A stretch of DNA of 63,995 nt, the filler included, from Rhabdomonas costata (lineage: Eukaryota), in NCBI GenBank assembly GCA_019059605.1. It is 31 parts of 31 records of this genome, joined end to end, with 100 filler letters (N's around TTAATTAATTAA, not from the genome) between each part and the next. Parts side by side here need not be neighbours in the genome. Positions count along the whole stretch, not along the records: positions 12,413 to 14,381 come from JAHMHO010006875.1; positions 14,482 to 16,449 come from JAHMHO010006876.1; positions 16,550 to 18,517 come from JAHMHO010006877.1; positions 18,618 to 20,585 come from JAHMHO010006878.1; positions 20,686 to 22,650 come from JAHMHO010006879.1; positions 22,751 to 24,719 come from JAHMHO010006880.1; 25 more parts are not named here. One strand, written 5' to 3'. Made by a program: the position numbers and the translations under genes. The notes under the pieces are model-generated. The model ran no database searches, was not told the DNA's origin, and worked only from the letters and a program-made list of their open reading frames with translations. Positions 13,121 to 24,719 of this stretch are shown piece by piece; the first letter of the stretch is position 1; every line of letters starts with the position of its first letter.

Positions 13121-14010
13121 TCAAAAGGGTTTCCTCTTCAAGATGCTCAACCAATATCGTTGGTATGTCCACGGATGTTCGAAACAACCAGGGAAGTTCG
13201 CGGAATAATCTGCTGTATCTGCTGTGCAAAGTGGTCACCATCATCAAGTATGGCCACCTCCAGCTCCTGCTCACTTGCCTCCTTTCTCACGTGCCCAACG
13301 GCGAATCGACTCCCGAGCGCAGGCCGTATCTTCGTCATCCGGCTCAGGGGCACTATTCTCGCTGTGGTGGCTCGGGCTGCTCGGGCTGTCGTCTCCGCTG
13401 CCATCCTCACTGCCGTCGCTGCTGCCACCGCCGCTGCCCGAGGAGCCACTGGAGCTGCCACTGTCACTGTCGCTCGAAGAGGAGGAGTCCTCGTCAGAGG
13501 AACCAGAGGAAACCTTCTTTTTGGACTTCTTCGTTGCCCTGAAAAAAGCCAGGCTTAAATGCCACGAAATAGCCTCGTGATATCAAATATCATTGGCAGA
13601 ACAAATATGAAAATAAAAACGACGCACAAACCGTACACAAAACCACTCTGGTTTGTATGCAGGTCTGGTGTAGTACTGGAAACGTTCCTTTGGCGGTTTA
13701 AGTCCTCTCGATGGTGAGGGAAAAGCCGATTTAGGAGGACAAGAACCGCAACCACCACTAAACAAGGGTTCCGGACATACCACTTGAGCCTGCCCTTCCT
13801 CTTGGAGGGGAGGTAGTTCGGCCCGAACTCCTCCTTAAGCTTTGCCTGCCGCCGGGCAAACTCCTCCTCCAGCTCGCTCAGAGATTTCAGAGGGAAGGCA
13901 CCGTCACAGCCCGGCTCCAGGCTCGCAGCAAACCGCCGCCGCAGCTCCTCGAACACCAGCTTCGCTAGCACCGCCCTCATCGCGCAGTGCTGCTTCTGCT
14001 CCGCCGAGAG
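13121..14010 (-). CDS. Hypothetical protein with a helical segment and a Ser/Gly/Asp-rich region; partial, multi-exon
   Basis: Coding-like exons RAVLAKLVFEELRRRF...EEEFARRQAKLKEEFG and SSGSSDEDSSSSSDSDSG...RRWAREKG. The phase of the junction between them was not resolved. Confidence 0.5.
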
Positions 14011-15336
14011 CGTCTCCTCCTACACCCGTCCCACACATCCCCAAAACTAGTGGAAAATCGAGTTCGAGTTATTTTGACTTCGAATGTGAAGAAGAAGAAC
14101 GTGATAGTAATACTCACCCCACTCCACTTCTAGCAGGAAACGAAAGATAAGATAGAAGAGGGGAAAATCCACTCCAACGGCATCAAAAGATGGCGACCAT
14201 CCGCTCATTTCTTGTCATCCTCAAACTGATCACAAAAGGTTTGTCGACTCCTCCAACCTTGAAAAATATACCAAAAATGTCGCTCAGCCGACCCATGACA
14301 GTAGTGGAGGGTGAACAGCGAAAAAAAAAAAAAAAGCCGCTCCGTGTGCCTGGTTCCAGGACCTTATAGCTGCCCAAGCCGNNNNNNNNNNNNNNNNNNN
14401 NNNNNNNNNNNNNNNNNNNNNNNNNTTAATTAATTAANNNNNNNNNNNNNNNNNNNNNNNNNNNNNNNNNNNNNNNNNNNNACTTGGTGGATAAGAACAA
14501 TGGTGACCTGATGTTGTTGGTCGGTTTCTCTCGTTTCTTATTTTTCACGTTTCGGACGTTTTTCCGTTACTCTTATGCTGTGTAAATGAGCCACAGAGCC
14601 GCCGAGATTTTCATTGTTTGGAAATGAGCTACTTTCTTCTTGTGATTTCATAGGATATTTCCCGGCCGAACGGACAACGCGAGCGGCTGTGCTGCGCGCT
14701 TTTGTCGTCCCCCCTTCTGCTGCGGTACTTCTGCTTCGTTTTTACGACGGTCCGCGAATAATAACAATAATAAAGTTTGGGAACGGGAGGTCTGTGACAC
14801 CTTTGGAAAAAGGTCAGCGCAAAGCCGAGTCGACCTTCAGGCTTGAAAGCAGCCACTCATTTTCTTCCCCCGATCTCCGCCCAACGGACCATTTGACAGA
14901 ACCCTCAGCACTGTCATCATGAACACAGTCCACAATCAAATACCAGCAACATGAGGATTTACACCGTTCCGTTTTGAATCCCCCCCCCCCCGCCGTGTCG
15001 GCTTCTGTATAATGGAAGATTCAATTTCTCATCAACTGGCGGAAGGGTGTCAGGTGCAGAAAGCGACTGACTGCATGCCAGGGGATTTCTTAATTTTCTG
15101 GCGCTTGTGTTCTGGAGTTCGGTTTGTGTGGTAGTGGAGAGGTTTATGTGGTTGTCCACCATCTGCAAAGGAATGCGAGCGTGATTTTTGTTCGTCCTGA
15201 TTAGAACTTAAGTGCAGAAGGTGTCACCTGGGCAAGAAATACAAGCCGCCGACGCTTCTGTGCAACGCTTGGCACACCACGTGCACACAGAATCGGCTAT
15301 TTTAGCCCCTTGTTGCGTGTGTCTCGCTTTCTTCAG

Positions 15337-16380
15337 GTGGTACGCGATCAACACTCGCTCCACGCACCCCAAGCTCTTCACGATTCCCCTGGGGATCCAC
15401 TCCCGCACCGCGCCTGCCGTGCACGCCTCGCGGCAGGCCCTTCTGCCCGGGTTGTCGCCCCCCAACGCCAGCATGTTCTGCAGCTTCATGGTGTTCTCCG
15501 CGGCGTACTGCACAAAGAGCCGCAGCATTTGGTGGCACTGCAGGAGGAACAATGTGCTCAGTGGTGTCTTGTGGTGCCTCCCATCCAATCCAAAATCGAT
15601 GAGTCTGCGGCGTGGTCAAAGGACTTCTTCGTTGCTCGGAGGCCTCAGCTGGAAGATTCTAACGCAATGTGATAAATCTGCGACGCGCTTCAAGGAAGGA
15701 AGGAAGGAAGTCCTCATAGATGGCACTGAAAACTTTTCCAGGTTGTGGTAAATCCAATCTTACAATTCTCTAAACATGGAGATATTGCCATCGCCCATTT
15801 TCGCCCATGCCTATAATAATTCTCTGACGAGGATGATCAAAGCCGTTCTTTGAAAAAAATGGTTCTCTGACCCGCTCTCTATCTCTCAATCTCAATCTGT
15901 TTGACTGAACTTGCTGGGAAGATGTTGCGAGGCGGTTGATATGCAGGAAAGACTGGTTTGGCCTCGAGGACGTTTAGTTTGCTCCCCTTTCGCAAAAGCA
16001 GAGCTAAGCAAAGAGAAAGAAGGTTTTTCCAGTGGGCACACATTGGGAGTTGCGTTTTTTTGCACAGACCTTCGGAAGGCTGGCAACGTGGTGCCTGGCC
16101 GTGAGGCAGTGGGGACAAAGCTAGCTCCACTGCGGCACTACTTCGCCACCATGATGCGCCATCGCTTCGTGGTCTCCCCACGAGGCAATGGTCTGGACCT
16201 CTACAGGACTTGGGAGGCCCTCTCCCTGGGCCGCGTGCCGATCTTGGAGCCCACAGGTTGTCCCCCCCCCTCGGCCCGTTGTTCTTCTTCTGTCACTTTG
16301 TTGGGGCACCGAGTTTTTGTTGAAACTTCTTGTTCTTTTTGTTGCAGTTCAGCATCTGCCCCGCAGGCAGTTACGGGATT
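15337..16380 (+). CDS. Exostosin (GT47)-like glycosyltransferase; partial
   Basis: Exons 15337-15563 (WYAINT...HPKLFTIPLGI) and 16068-16256 (HRFVVSPRGNGLDLYRTWEALSLGRVPIL) join in frame via a GT-AG intron. Confidence 0.85.
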
Positions 16381-16445
16381 GGCGCTCTGGAGTTTGCGGG
16401 GCAGATGCTGAACTGCAACAAAAAGAACAAGAAGTTTCAACAAAA
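16315..16445. repeat. Perfect 51-bp inverted duplication at a contig end (probable amplification chimera)
   Basis: 16315-16365 is the reverse complement of 16395-16445. It copies an intron/exon junction and truncates the gene. Confidence 0.9.
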
Positions 16446-17033
16446 CACANNNNNNNNNNNNNNNNNNNNNNNNNNNNNNNNNNNNNNNNNNNNTTAATTA
16501 ATTAANNNNNNNNNNNNNNNNNNNNNNNNNNNNNNNNNNNNNNNNNNNNGTGTGGGGGGTTAAGCGTTTAGCACTGCTTAACGGTTTTGGCTTTGCCGAA
16601 TTTTTGGAATTGCCTTTGGCGGGCATTGGGGGGCAAGCAGGATAGTTTACGGCCGTGCTGAATGTTCAGCACTTCTAACGTTTGACGCCCCCCCCCCTCG
16701 CCAACCAAAAGAGGCCCCAGGCCTCTTTTAGTTGGCGAGCGACCTCTTAATTCAACCAGCTTTCTCCACGTGCACGTGAAGGGGCGCAGATGGGCATTGA
16801 GAAGGAGTCTGTCAAGGATTTCTGGGCGACAAACCTTCAACGTCATTAGGGACCCCCTTACCCCCTTTGAGACGACTGCTACGACAGGATGTCTTCTTTT
16901 TCTGTGGGTGGGGTGGGCGGACATCCTTGGAATTTTCCGCAAGAAAAGAAAACCGAATTCGGGTAGTACGGTCGGAATGCAGCATCCGGGTACATACAAC
17001 ACGACCAGAGACAGAATTAGAAACTGCCAACAC

Positions 17034-17793
17034 CTTCACGGGCCCGGGCTGCGAGACATGGGGGAGAGTCGAAAGGCTCAAACTCTGCCGGGGCTTCGCG
17101 TCGACCAAGTGTAAGAGCAAGAGATTCCCCATCGATGGAAATCTAAGAAAAGCCAGATCATCACGATCACCACAGATCGACATGATATGCATCCTATCAC
17201 AACAAACAGAGGGAAACAAATGGAGCAACGCGATGCCAGAAAAAGTGGGGGGAAATGAAGAATGCAAAAGGGTGACATACAATGACATGGTTACGGGCGG
17301 AGTCCACCACCTTGCACAGGAGGTAGTGCCAGTCCCCGTGATGCAGGCGGCCATCGACGCACCCCGCGGCCTCCAACACCCTCCCAGCCATGTCGCAAAT
17401 TGCGATGTACACGAAGCCCTGCCCCATCACGACACGGCAGTGGCAAATCATCAAGAAACAGTACACTATGCTGCAGTCAGAACACCGCAAAACTCTTGTG
17501 CAACTTTGCGCTCACAAAAGCAAAAGCAAGGAGCCCCAAAGGCGATTGTACGAATTCCTCACATCACCCAGATAAAAGCACCCAAGCTCTATCAGGCTAT
17601 GTGAAGGGTGCTTGCTGAGCTGGTGGTTTCTCTCTTCAGCCCCACGGCACACGTGCGGTTAGCGTGCAGAGCATTGCGGTGGGCTAGGTGGCACTGGGGT
17701 ATCGCAGCGATGGGCCAAACCTCTGCCTCGTTGCCCTGGAGGTCCCGGTTAAGCTCCACAAGGAGGGCATCGTAGCCAATGCTGCCCGAACCA
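17034..17793 (-). CDS. LamG/concanavalin A-like domain protein; partial, 3 exons
   Basis: Exons 17721-17793, 17281-17418 and 17034-17142 give LLVELNRDLQGNEAE|GFVYIAICD...LHHGDWHYLLCKVVDSARNHVI|ISIDGE, the LxDGxWH...xxDG pattern. Confidence 0.65.
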
Positions 17794-18957
17794 CTGCGGC
17801 AGCTCAGCACAGTGCAAGCAGAGCTGCCTTCAGCCTAGGAATGGCCCAGTACGTCAAAGAAGAAGCGTGAAGGACAGCAAGGCATCGTTAAATTGCAGCA
17901 GGTTGCTGGCTTTGTTCAATTACACACCTGTCACTTGAATCATTTTAGAACCATTTTGCAGAAATATTTTGCCACCGCACACAAATGCGGGGCTTGAATG
18001 TGGGTTACTTGCACCATGGGAACGCCACTCTTACTGCAGCTTTTGAATATGCCCCCAACCCAGCAGAACATATCGAAGATGACATTTCAACCCGTAGGTG
18101 TTCCCATTTTCAGTCCCTGTTCTGTTGAAAGAAGGCTGCGGGTGTTCCTATGGAAAATGGAAAATAGCATGGAATCTTCATTGCATTGGGCTTATGCTTC
18201 ATCTCACCTCAGCCTTCGAATTTCTAGCTTAGATTTATGGTTTTGGAAAAACCGAGCCGGGAAAGGGGAACAACGCGTACGAGGCGATCACGCAGGTCCC
18301 ACAGGACGCAGGAAAATAGAAACGTTTGCAACCCTTTGGCAAGCTTATTAATGCCGAAATGGTCACCCCCGTCCCTTGGTAATCACACACACACAAACAC
18401 ACATACACACAGTGTTCAGGAGGAAACGTTACACGCGCCAACACCGTCAACAGGCAAGCAGACCTTGAACCAGAGGTCAAACGCGCAGTGCCCCAAACAC
18501 CCAACCACACCCAACACNNNNNNNNNNNNNNNNNNNNNNNNNNNNNNNNNNNNNNNNNNNNTTAATTAATTAANNNNNNNNNNNNNNNNNNNNNNNNNNN
18601 NNNNNNNNNNNNNNNNNGGTGGGTGGGTCACATGTTCTCTTCAATATGTGTCCTTGGAATAACTCAGTGCTGTGAACTCGAGCAAACGACACTCAATTGC
18701 GAACCCCAGTTCTGTAGTGGACCATTATCACCAAATTCGATTCACCCGGTGCCATTTGCCACCAAAATAGAAACGGACATGAGCCTCAGGGCTGTTTCCT
18801 TCGGGGAAGTCAATCCTCACACTGCAGACAAAACTGAAGAGGCAGCGTTTAAAAACCCACCAATTGTAAAGCGGGGTTGACAATTGAAAGAAAACCAGTG
18901 AAAATTTTCAAATGTCAAAATGTAAGAGAACTCCAGGACAGTGTCAAAACAAAAAAC

Positions 18958-19190
18958 CTGCGGAAGTTCCTGATCCGGCGGAGTAGATGTTAGGCGCAAC
19001 ATAAGCAATCTTTTCACTCTTCTTATCACTGATAACATCTCCTGAGGTTGCCCGCGTGTCCGCCCCCAGCACGAGACCACCCTGTGCCAAGTCAGTGAGA
19101 AAAAGAAACCAAACCATAAAGAGATATGACAAAAACTAGAAACTCAGGAGGATACCAAGTAAAAAAGAAAAACTATCATTGTTCCGTACT
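18958..19190 (-). CDS. PSMB7: 20S proteasome beta-2 (PSMB7/Pup1)-like subunit, divergent; partial
   Basis: A small exon ending at 19156 plus exon 18958-19081 give G-TMIVFLFYL|GGLVLGADTRATSGDVISDKKSEKIAYVAPNIYSAGSGTSA, with Thr1, Asp17, Lys33 and Gly45 in register. Confidence 0.82.
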
Positions 19191-20767
19191 TGAAGAAACC
19201 GGGAAAAAAATTCTCACAGGATGCGAGAACACAGATCAGGGTGCCAATTCAGCATTGACCAACCGTGTCCCAGAACGAAGTGCAGCCAATCGCCTAACTT
19301 GTCAGACTTTTCAACAATTAAAATCAATCGATGGCGTTTCCGAGCTGCTTGCCAATTCAAACGCATGCAGACCTCTACGCAGTCCAATGAACATCTCAAC
19401 TGCGTCTGTATATACTTCTTGGCTGCGGGGCCCATTCTCTGGGAAACTCGGAACCAGGTGTTGAACTGAAACAGCACTTCCTGCAAGCAAGAAGCCAAAA
19501 GCCCACCCCGAGCAAAGACGCAAAACTGTGAGTTGCCATCATTTGAGCCTCACAACGCCAAGGCGGAAATAATTGGCAACGAGTCTCTATGGCCATGACA
19601 ACACCGGAAATACACCATTCAGCTGACAGAAGCATCAGAACTCCAGAAAAAGTATTCGGGACCGCCTATATGTAACCAAGAAATGGAGGTTAGAGAACAT
19701 AATGTCAGGCCCAACTGCCGGGCTGAAAGAATTTCTCGACGGTTTTCTCCACAGGGTGGCACGCGTGAATTTGCCAATCAGTGAACATCGTGGCTTATCG
19801 TTGCTCTTCGCCCAGTCCGAATCCAAGCAGGAATGATCCAACCTTCTCAAAACAGGGCACACCTGTTCCTTGGGTAGGGCGGACAGCGAGCTGATGGCAC
19901 GGCCCCGGCTGAGCCCGTTGGGAAGGGGGTTGACCATGAACATGGTGCCCTTGGAAGAAGAAAAAGGCTACAGTGGAGTTGATGTCTCGGTTGATGTCTC
20001 GGGCGTAAGAGAGAGAGTGTGTGTGCATGAGTGTGCGTGTGTGTCCCATGTCGTTTTGTGCCGGAATTCTCCTGCATCAAACTGGGACGCAGATAGAGAA
20101 GTAGCTACGCTTTGAAATCGAGCGCAGCACTACTACCACCAGAGAAAACGAAAAAACCAAGAAAAGTAACTTGGAATGCTAACCAAACGGCACTAAGTTT
20201 CACGGTATTTCCAGGAAGCCTTGTGCATTCAAAGTGCAAGGGGCAGCTTTTTTTTCTTCGAAATTTACTGAAAAGTTCTTGGAAGAGCTTTGAAAAGGGG
20301 GGGGGTCTCGCCACCAAAGAAGTATTGCAATGCGCACGTCACCAGTAGACCTGAGCAGGCTCCCCGGGGGTGCCCTGTAAAAACTCCTGGGCCACCTTGG
20401 GATCCATGGTGGTCGAAGAAAATGCAGGCCACACTAGGTAGTCGTTCTCTTGGTACAGATCCTGTGAGAAAATAAATCGCAATCCAAATACTGGGAATAA
20501 TACAATACTCCATAAAACGTATGAAGCTGAGAAAACACCCCGTGAACATTCAAAATTCCGGTCACATTGTTCATCCCAACAAACANNNNNNNNNNNNNNN
20601 NNNNNNNNNNNNNNNNNNNNNNNNNNNNNTTAATTAATTAANNNNNNNNNNNNNNNNNNNNNNNNNNNNNNNNNNNNNNNNNNNNGGTTGTTGGGTTTTC
20701 CCTATCTTGCCTTTCACAGCGGTTTATAGTGCAGGTCATGGGCCATATGTTTAGAGGAGGGCCCTGG

Positions 20768-20885
20768 GAGAGTTCAACCGATCAGCCTCGAGTACGGGGA
20801 CGGGGTGGACAAGAACCTGAGGGGGGCCGTGGATGGTACCGCAAGGCCGCCGATCAGGGACACGCGGAAGGCGGAGCTGCGCTAA
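20768..20885 (+). pseudogene. Frameshifted Sel1-like repeat
   Basis: LEYGDGVDKNLRGAV-(1-nt gap)-WYRKAADQGHAE is a canonical Sel1 signature split over two frames. Confidence 0.7.
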
Positions 20886-21140
20886 GGTCCGTGAAACCGC
20901 CTTGACTCGTGCTAATGTGGGGCTCCTAGAACACCTTCCCAGGGACCTTTCCCTCATCTCATCTTTTGCCCTCTTCACTTTTTCGTATGCACTGTTTTGT
21001 ATATGCACTTCTGTGATGTGCACGTCTGTTCTACTGTAACCAGGTCACCTGAGAAGAGGAGAGTTGACATGTGCGGGTTCGCAACCGCCTCTCCTGGGAG
21101 CTGTGTTTCAAACGATTATTTGTTTTGACCCGTTTTGCAG

Positions 21141-21216
21141 ATCGATAAGTTGTGCCCATGCTGGGTGCCCAAATCCAGCGGCGACGGGATCGCCCTTCTG
21201 CGTGCCGCACAGCTGA
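21141..21216 (+). CDS. Terminal exon with a C-x4-C-x10-C-x2-H zinc-finger-like motif
   Basis: After TTTTGCAG the frame reads SISCAHAGCPNPAATGSPFCVPHS*. Confidence 0.45.
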
Positions 21217-22338
21217 CGGTTACTGTGATCCCTTTGTTCGCTGTTCTGCCACCTCACCTCAACCCCCCCCCCGTATTCACGCACTCGTGCACGCAATTCT
21301 CAGCATCTCAACGCACTAATCTTCATCATTAGCTCTTGGCACCTTGCCCTGCGCTGCCACTGTGCTAACCGACATGAATTCAACTTCTAAAAATGCAGTG
21401 AGGCCGAAATGGCCGTGAAAAGCTCCAAATGGTCGTCGTTGGACACCACAGTTAGGCATAGAGGTAAGGTAAGGCAATACAGAGATAAGGCCAGGCAATA
21501 GTAAACTGCCAGCACTCTCAGCTCAAGAGTACTTGCAGTTATACCATCCTCGACGTATCGGGGCCCAGCGGGTCTGGCCAAGTTAATATCCTTGTCATGT
21601 GCTGCGGTCCGCTCTTAACCCCAAGGAATCCGATGTGTATGCACTGACCGAATGGGCTGAGGACCTGGATCGAAGTAAGTGGTCCTTCCGCCTCTCCTCA
21701 TTTCCAGATGACTCATGGCGATTAGTATTTGGGTGCGGAGGGGGCAGATGACTCTTGTTGTTTCCAACTGGAAGGCTCCTCCAGAACAGCAAGAAAAAGT
21801 CATTGGTGCGTTGTTCCATCCTTGCTGATCTGCTGTCAGACCGTTTGCACTTATCTACTGTGAGTATTCAAGTGAATCACTGGCGTGCAGAAATGATGCG
21901 TCTCGACCTCGTACGCTACTAGCACTGTTTTTTTGTTGTGAAGCAAGCAAATGGTTTGATTATTTGTCTTCTTGTTTGATCGCTTTTCCTCCTCCGATGT
22001 TCAAAAGGTTTGAGGCTTTAAACACTTTCCCTCATGCTATCAGCGTACCCCACAAACCCCTATTCACTCGCCTCTTTCAGATGAGCGTCACGTTGGTGTC
22101 TTACCGTAAGTACTTTTCACTGGTAGTCTAATAATTTGTACCTTCACGTAAAAGTGACTGACGGTGACTGTCGACCGACACATCGGACACTTTTCATCAA
22201 AGTCATCCAAATCTTAAACGGTCTCGGACAGCTCAGCCAATCAAACCTGCCCCTGCCCGAAGAGTAGATTTTAAGCAGGGCATGCTCAAGTTATTCCCAG
22301 ACATTGGGAAACGATGGCACGAGGAAGTCCCCGCACAC

Positions 22339-22477
22339 GTATCAGCAGCAGCAGGTTGATGGCCCGGGCCGAGACCATATGCTGACCTCATCGGTCACCA
22401 GCACGACAGCCTCCTGCCACGACCGGCACTGTGTCCGTGCCCGCTTCAGCAGATCCTGATCTGCGCCCATACCGTAT
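22339..22477 (-). pseudogene. Pif1-family helicase exon (motif II region) with a 2-nt frameshift
   Basis: YGMGADQDLLKRARTQCRSWQEAVVLVTDEVS, then an extra AT, then MVSARAINLL. Removing the AT restores DEVSMVS. The segment is bounded by AG and GT. Confidence 0.65.
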
Positions 22478-24501
22478 CTGCAAATGAGAGCAAGGCGGGA
22501 GTAGTAAACGAAAAATTCAACGGAGAGCCCACTATCCATGAACACACTATAAGAGGCATGCAAATCATGACAAAACTCAAAATAAAAAGGAGCCAAGAAA
22601 CGCATATACATGTTATTCTGCATCTTTGTCCCATCTTCCCCACCCCCACANNNNNNNNNNNNNNNNNNNNNNNNNNNNNNNNNNNNNNNNNNNNTTAATT
22701 AATTAANNNNNNNNNNNNNNNNNNNNNNNNNNNNNNNNNNNNNNNNNNNNTGTGTGTGGGACAACTACAACATCCTTTCTCGTTCCTTGAGAGAAGTTCG
22801 CCCCGCCGGATCGTCGCTTTCAGGCGAACACGAGCACTTTGTCTGTGGTATGGAGACTGTTTCCAAAGCCGCTGCTGTGCCATCATCACAACCCCGGCGA
22901 CCTCGGCGTCCGCCTGCACCTCTGGGCTGACCCTGACCCCCGCTTCGGCTTTCGCGGGCGATTTGTGTTTCGGCATTCTTCCTGGTGGTGGCTGACCACT
23001 TGAACTTGGGTAGGGGATTAATGGTCACTAATAACACATCCGCTTCAGTTATTGAAAAGCAGGCCAGCCCCACTCCCCATCTGCGCTACCCTCGACCTGC
23101 TCAGATTCAGATCCGCTCCCCTGCCAAAACTCAGCGACAGGTTAGGCAGCAGTATTTTAAGTCCTTTGGCAGCAGTAGTTTAGGTTCGCCAGCTTCCCCT
23201 GAACCCTTCTTAGCAACAAGAAACTGCGGTGCACTGGCTGCCCCAAAATAAAACATTTCAGGTCTTGAAAGTTCCCCAGGAATGCCCGGTACAAAGCAGC
23301 ACCAATGCAAATAAAGAGTGGTGGGGGTGGGGTGGACAGACAACAATTCCCTTGAAAACAAGCGATTTCACACCAAAACAAGTAATAAATGCAATGGGCC
23401 TACATCCGGTGAAAATGGAAACTTGAGAAAAGACGACAAAGATGAAGACAGAGTGAGCAGAGCAGATGGGAAGAGGGGGGGGGCTATGGGAAGTGGAGGG
23501 AAGACCGCAACGGAAATGGCAGCGAGGGAATGGTTGCTGGAGGGAGACCTTTTTCCAATACCGGAACACGAAACAAAACAAAACTTATCACCACACCAAC
23601 TGCACTTAACGCAACAAAAACCAAAATGGCAGAAACTCATGACTTTTTGAGGGCGCAAACAACATGAAACCAGGACCATTTCAGTCTGTTAAAAAACTAC
23701 GCCAGTGTTCTGTCACCACCAATGACCGTGATCTTCCCTTACTGAGTGTCGAATTTGCCCCGGCTTGCACTCTCTGCACGCGTGTTCAGCCCTCTTCTCT
23801 GCTGGCGTTTCTCCCAGTGCAACGTGTTGTTTCCCGACACCATTCGGCTTGCTTGGACTGCTTTCCTTCTTTGTATTTTAGATCGGTCTCCGAGTCGAGT
23901 GTTTGTACTGCAGATTGTTTCGGTGCTCCAATGAAAACACAACTGCATGGATGTCCCTGGATGCTGCTTGATTTCTGCCGCACTTCTGGTTTGCTTCATA
24001 GTTCATGCATGCTGGTTTGGTTCATAGTTCAGCGTATCTTTGCTATTTCTTTACCAGACACGCTTCGAACGTGCAACGGTGAGTGGGCTGCTTGAGGTCG
24101 TCGTTGAACTGTTTGGTGGGGGTAAAAATTGAACACGGTTCAACAAGGGCTAATCAGGAGTGACCAATGAAACGTGTAACTCAGAGTGCTGAACAGGCAT
24201 CACCAATTCTCTCCCTTTTTGCCCCTCCCAAGGCATTCGCGCAATTGAGCAATAAGTTGCATCCCCCCCACTTTCGTATCGTGTATTTTTGTGGGGATAC
24301 TAGAAAAACTTTCTGTGGACACCACATAACGTTTCGTTGGTGTTTTTCCTTCTCCCAGGTGTCGTTGCCCCTCCATCCTTTACTCCCCAAAGGAATGTTT
24401 ATTCGGTCCGTTCTCCGGGCAATGCCCTTCAAGCAGGGCCAGGTCCAGGGTGCAACCCTGGTCCTTGTAAAAAGGTCTTTGTAAAAAGCAAGGGCTAGAG
24501 C

Positions 24502-24719
24502 ATGGCCATCCACAAGTATCGCCTGGACGACAACCTGGAGTACGCGCTCTTCCGGCCAGTGGAGGCCCCTCTGCAGTTCCAGCCGGGAAGCGCCATCGCC
24601 TTTGACTTTAAGTTCACCCGCAGAGTGGACGATATGGGCCGCACGTGGGACAACCACAACAACCCCCCCCGGTCTCTTCGGGAGATTGGCTGCGCCGAGA
24701 CGTCGCTCTCGGGCTTTCC
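24502..24719 (+). CDS. Hypothetical protein, truncated by the contig end
   Basis: Open frame with strong GC3 bias (MAIHKYRLDDNLEYALFRPVE...). Confidence 0.55.
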
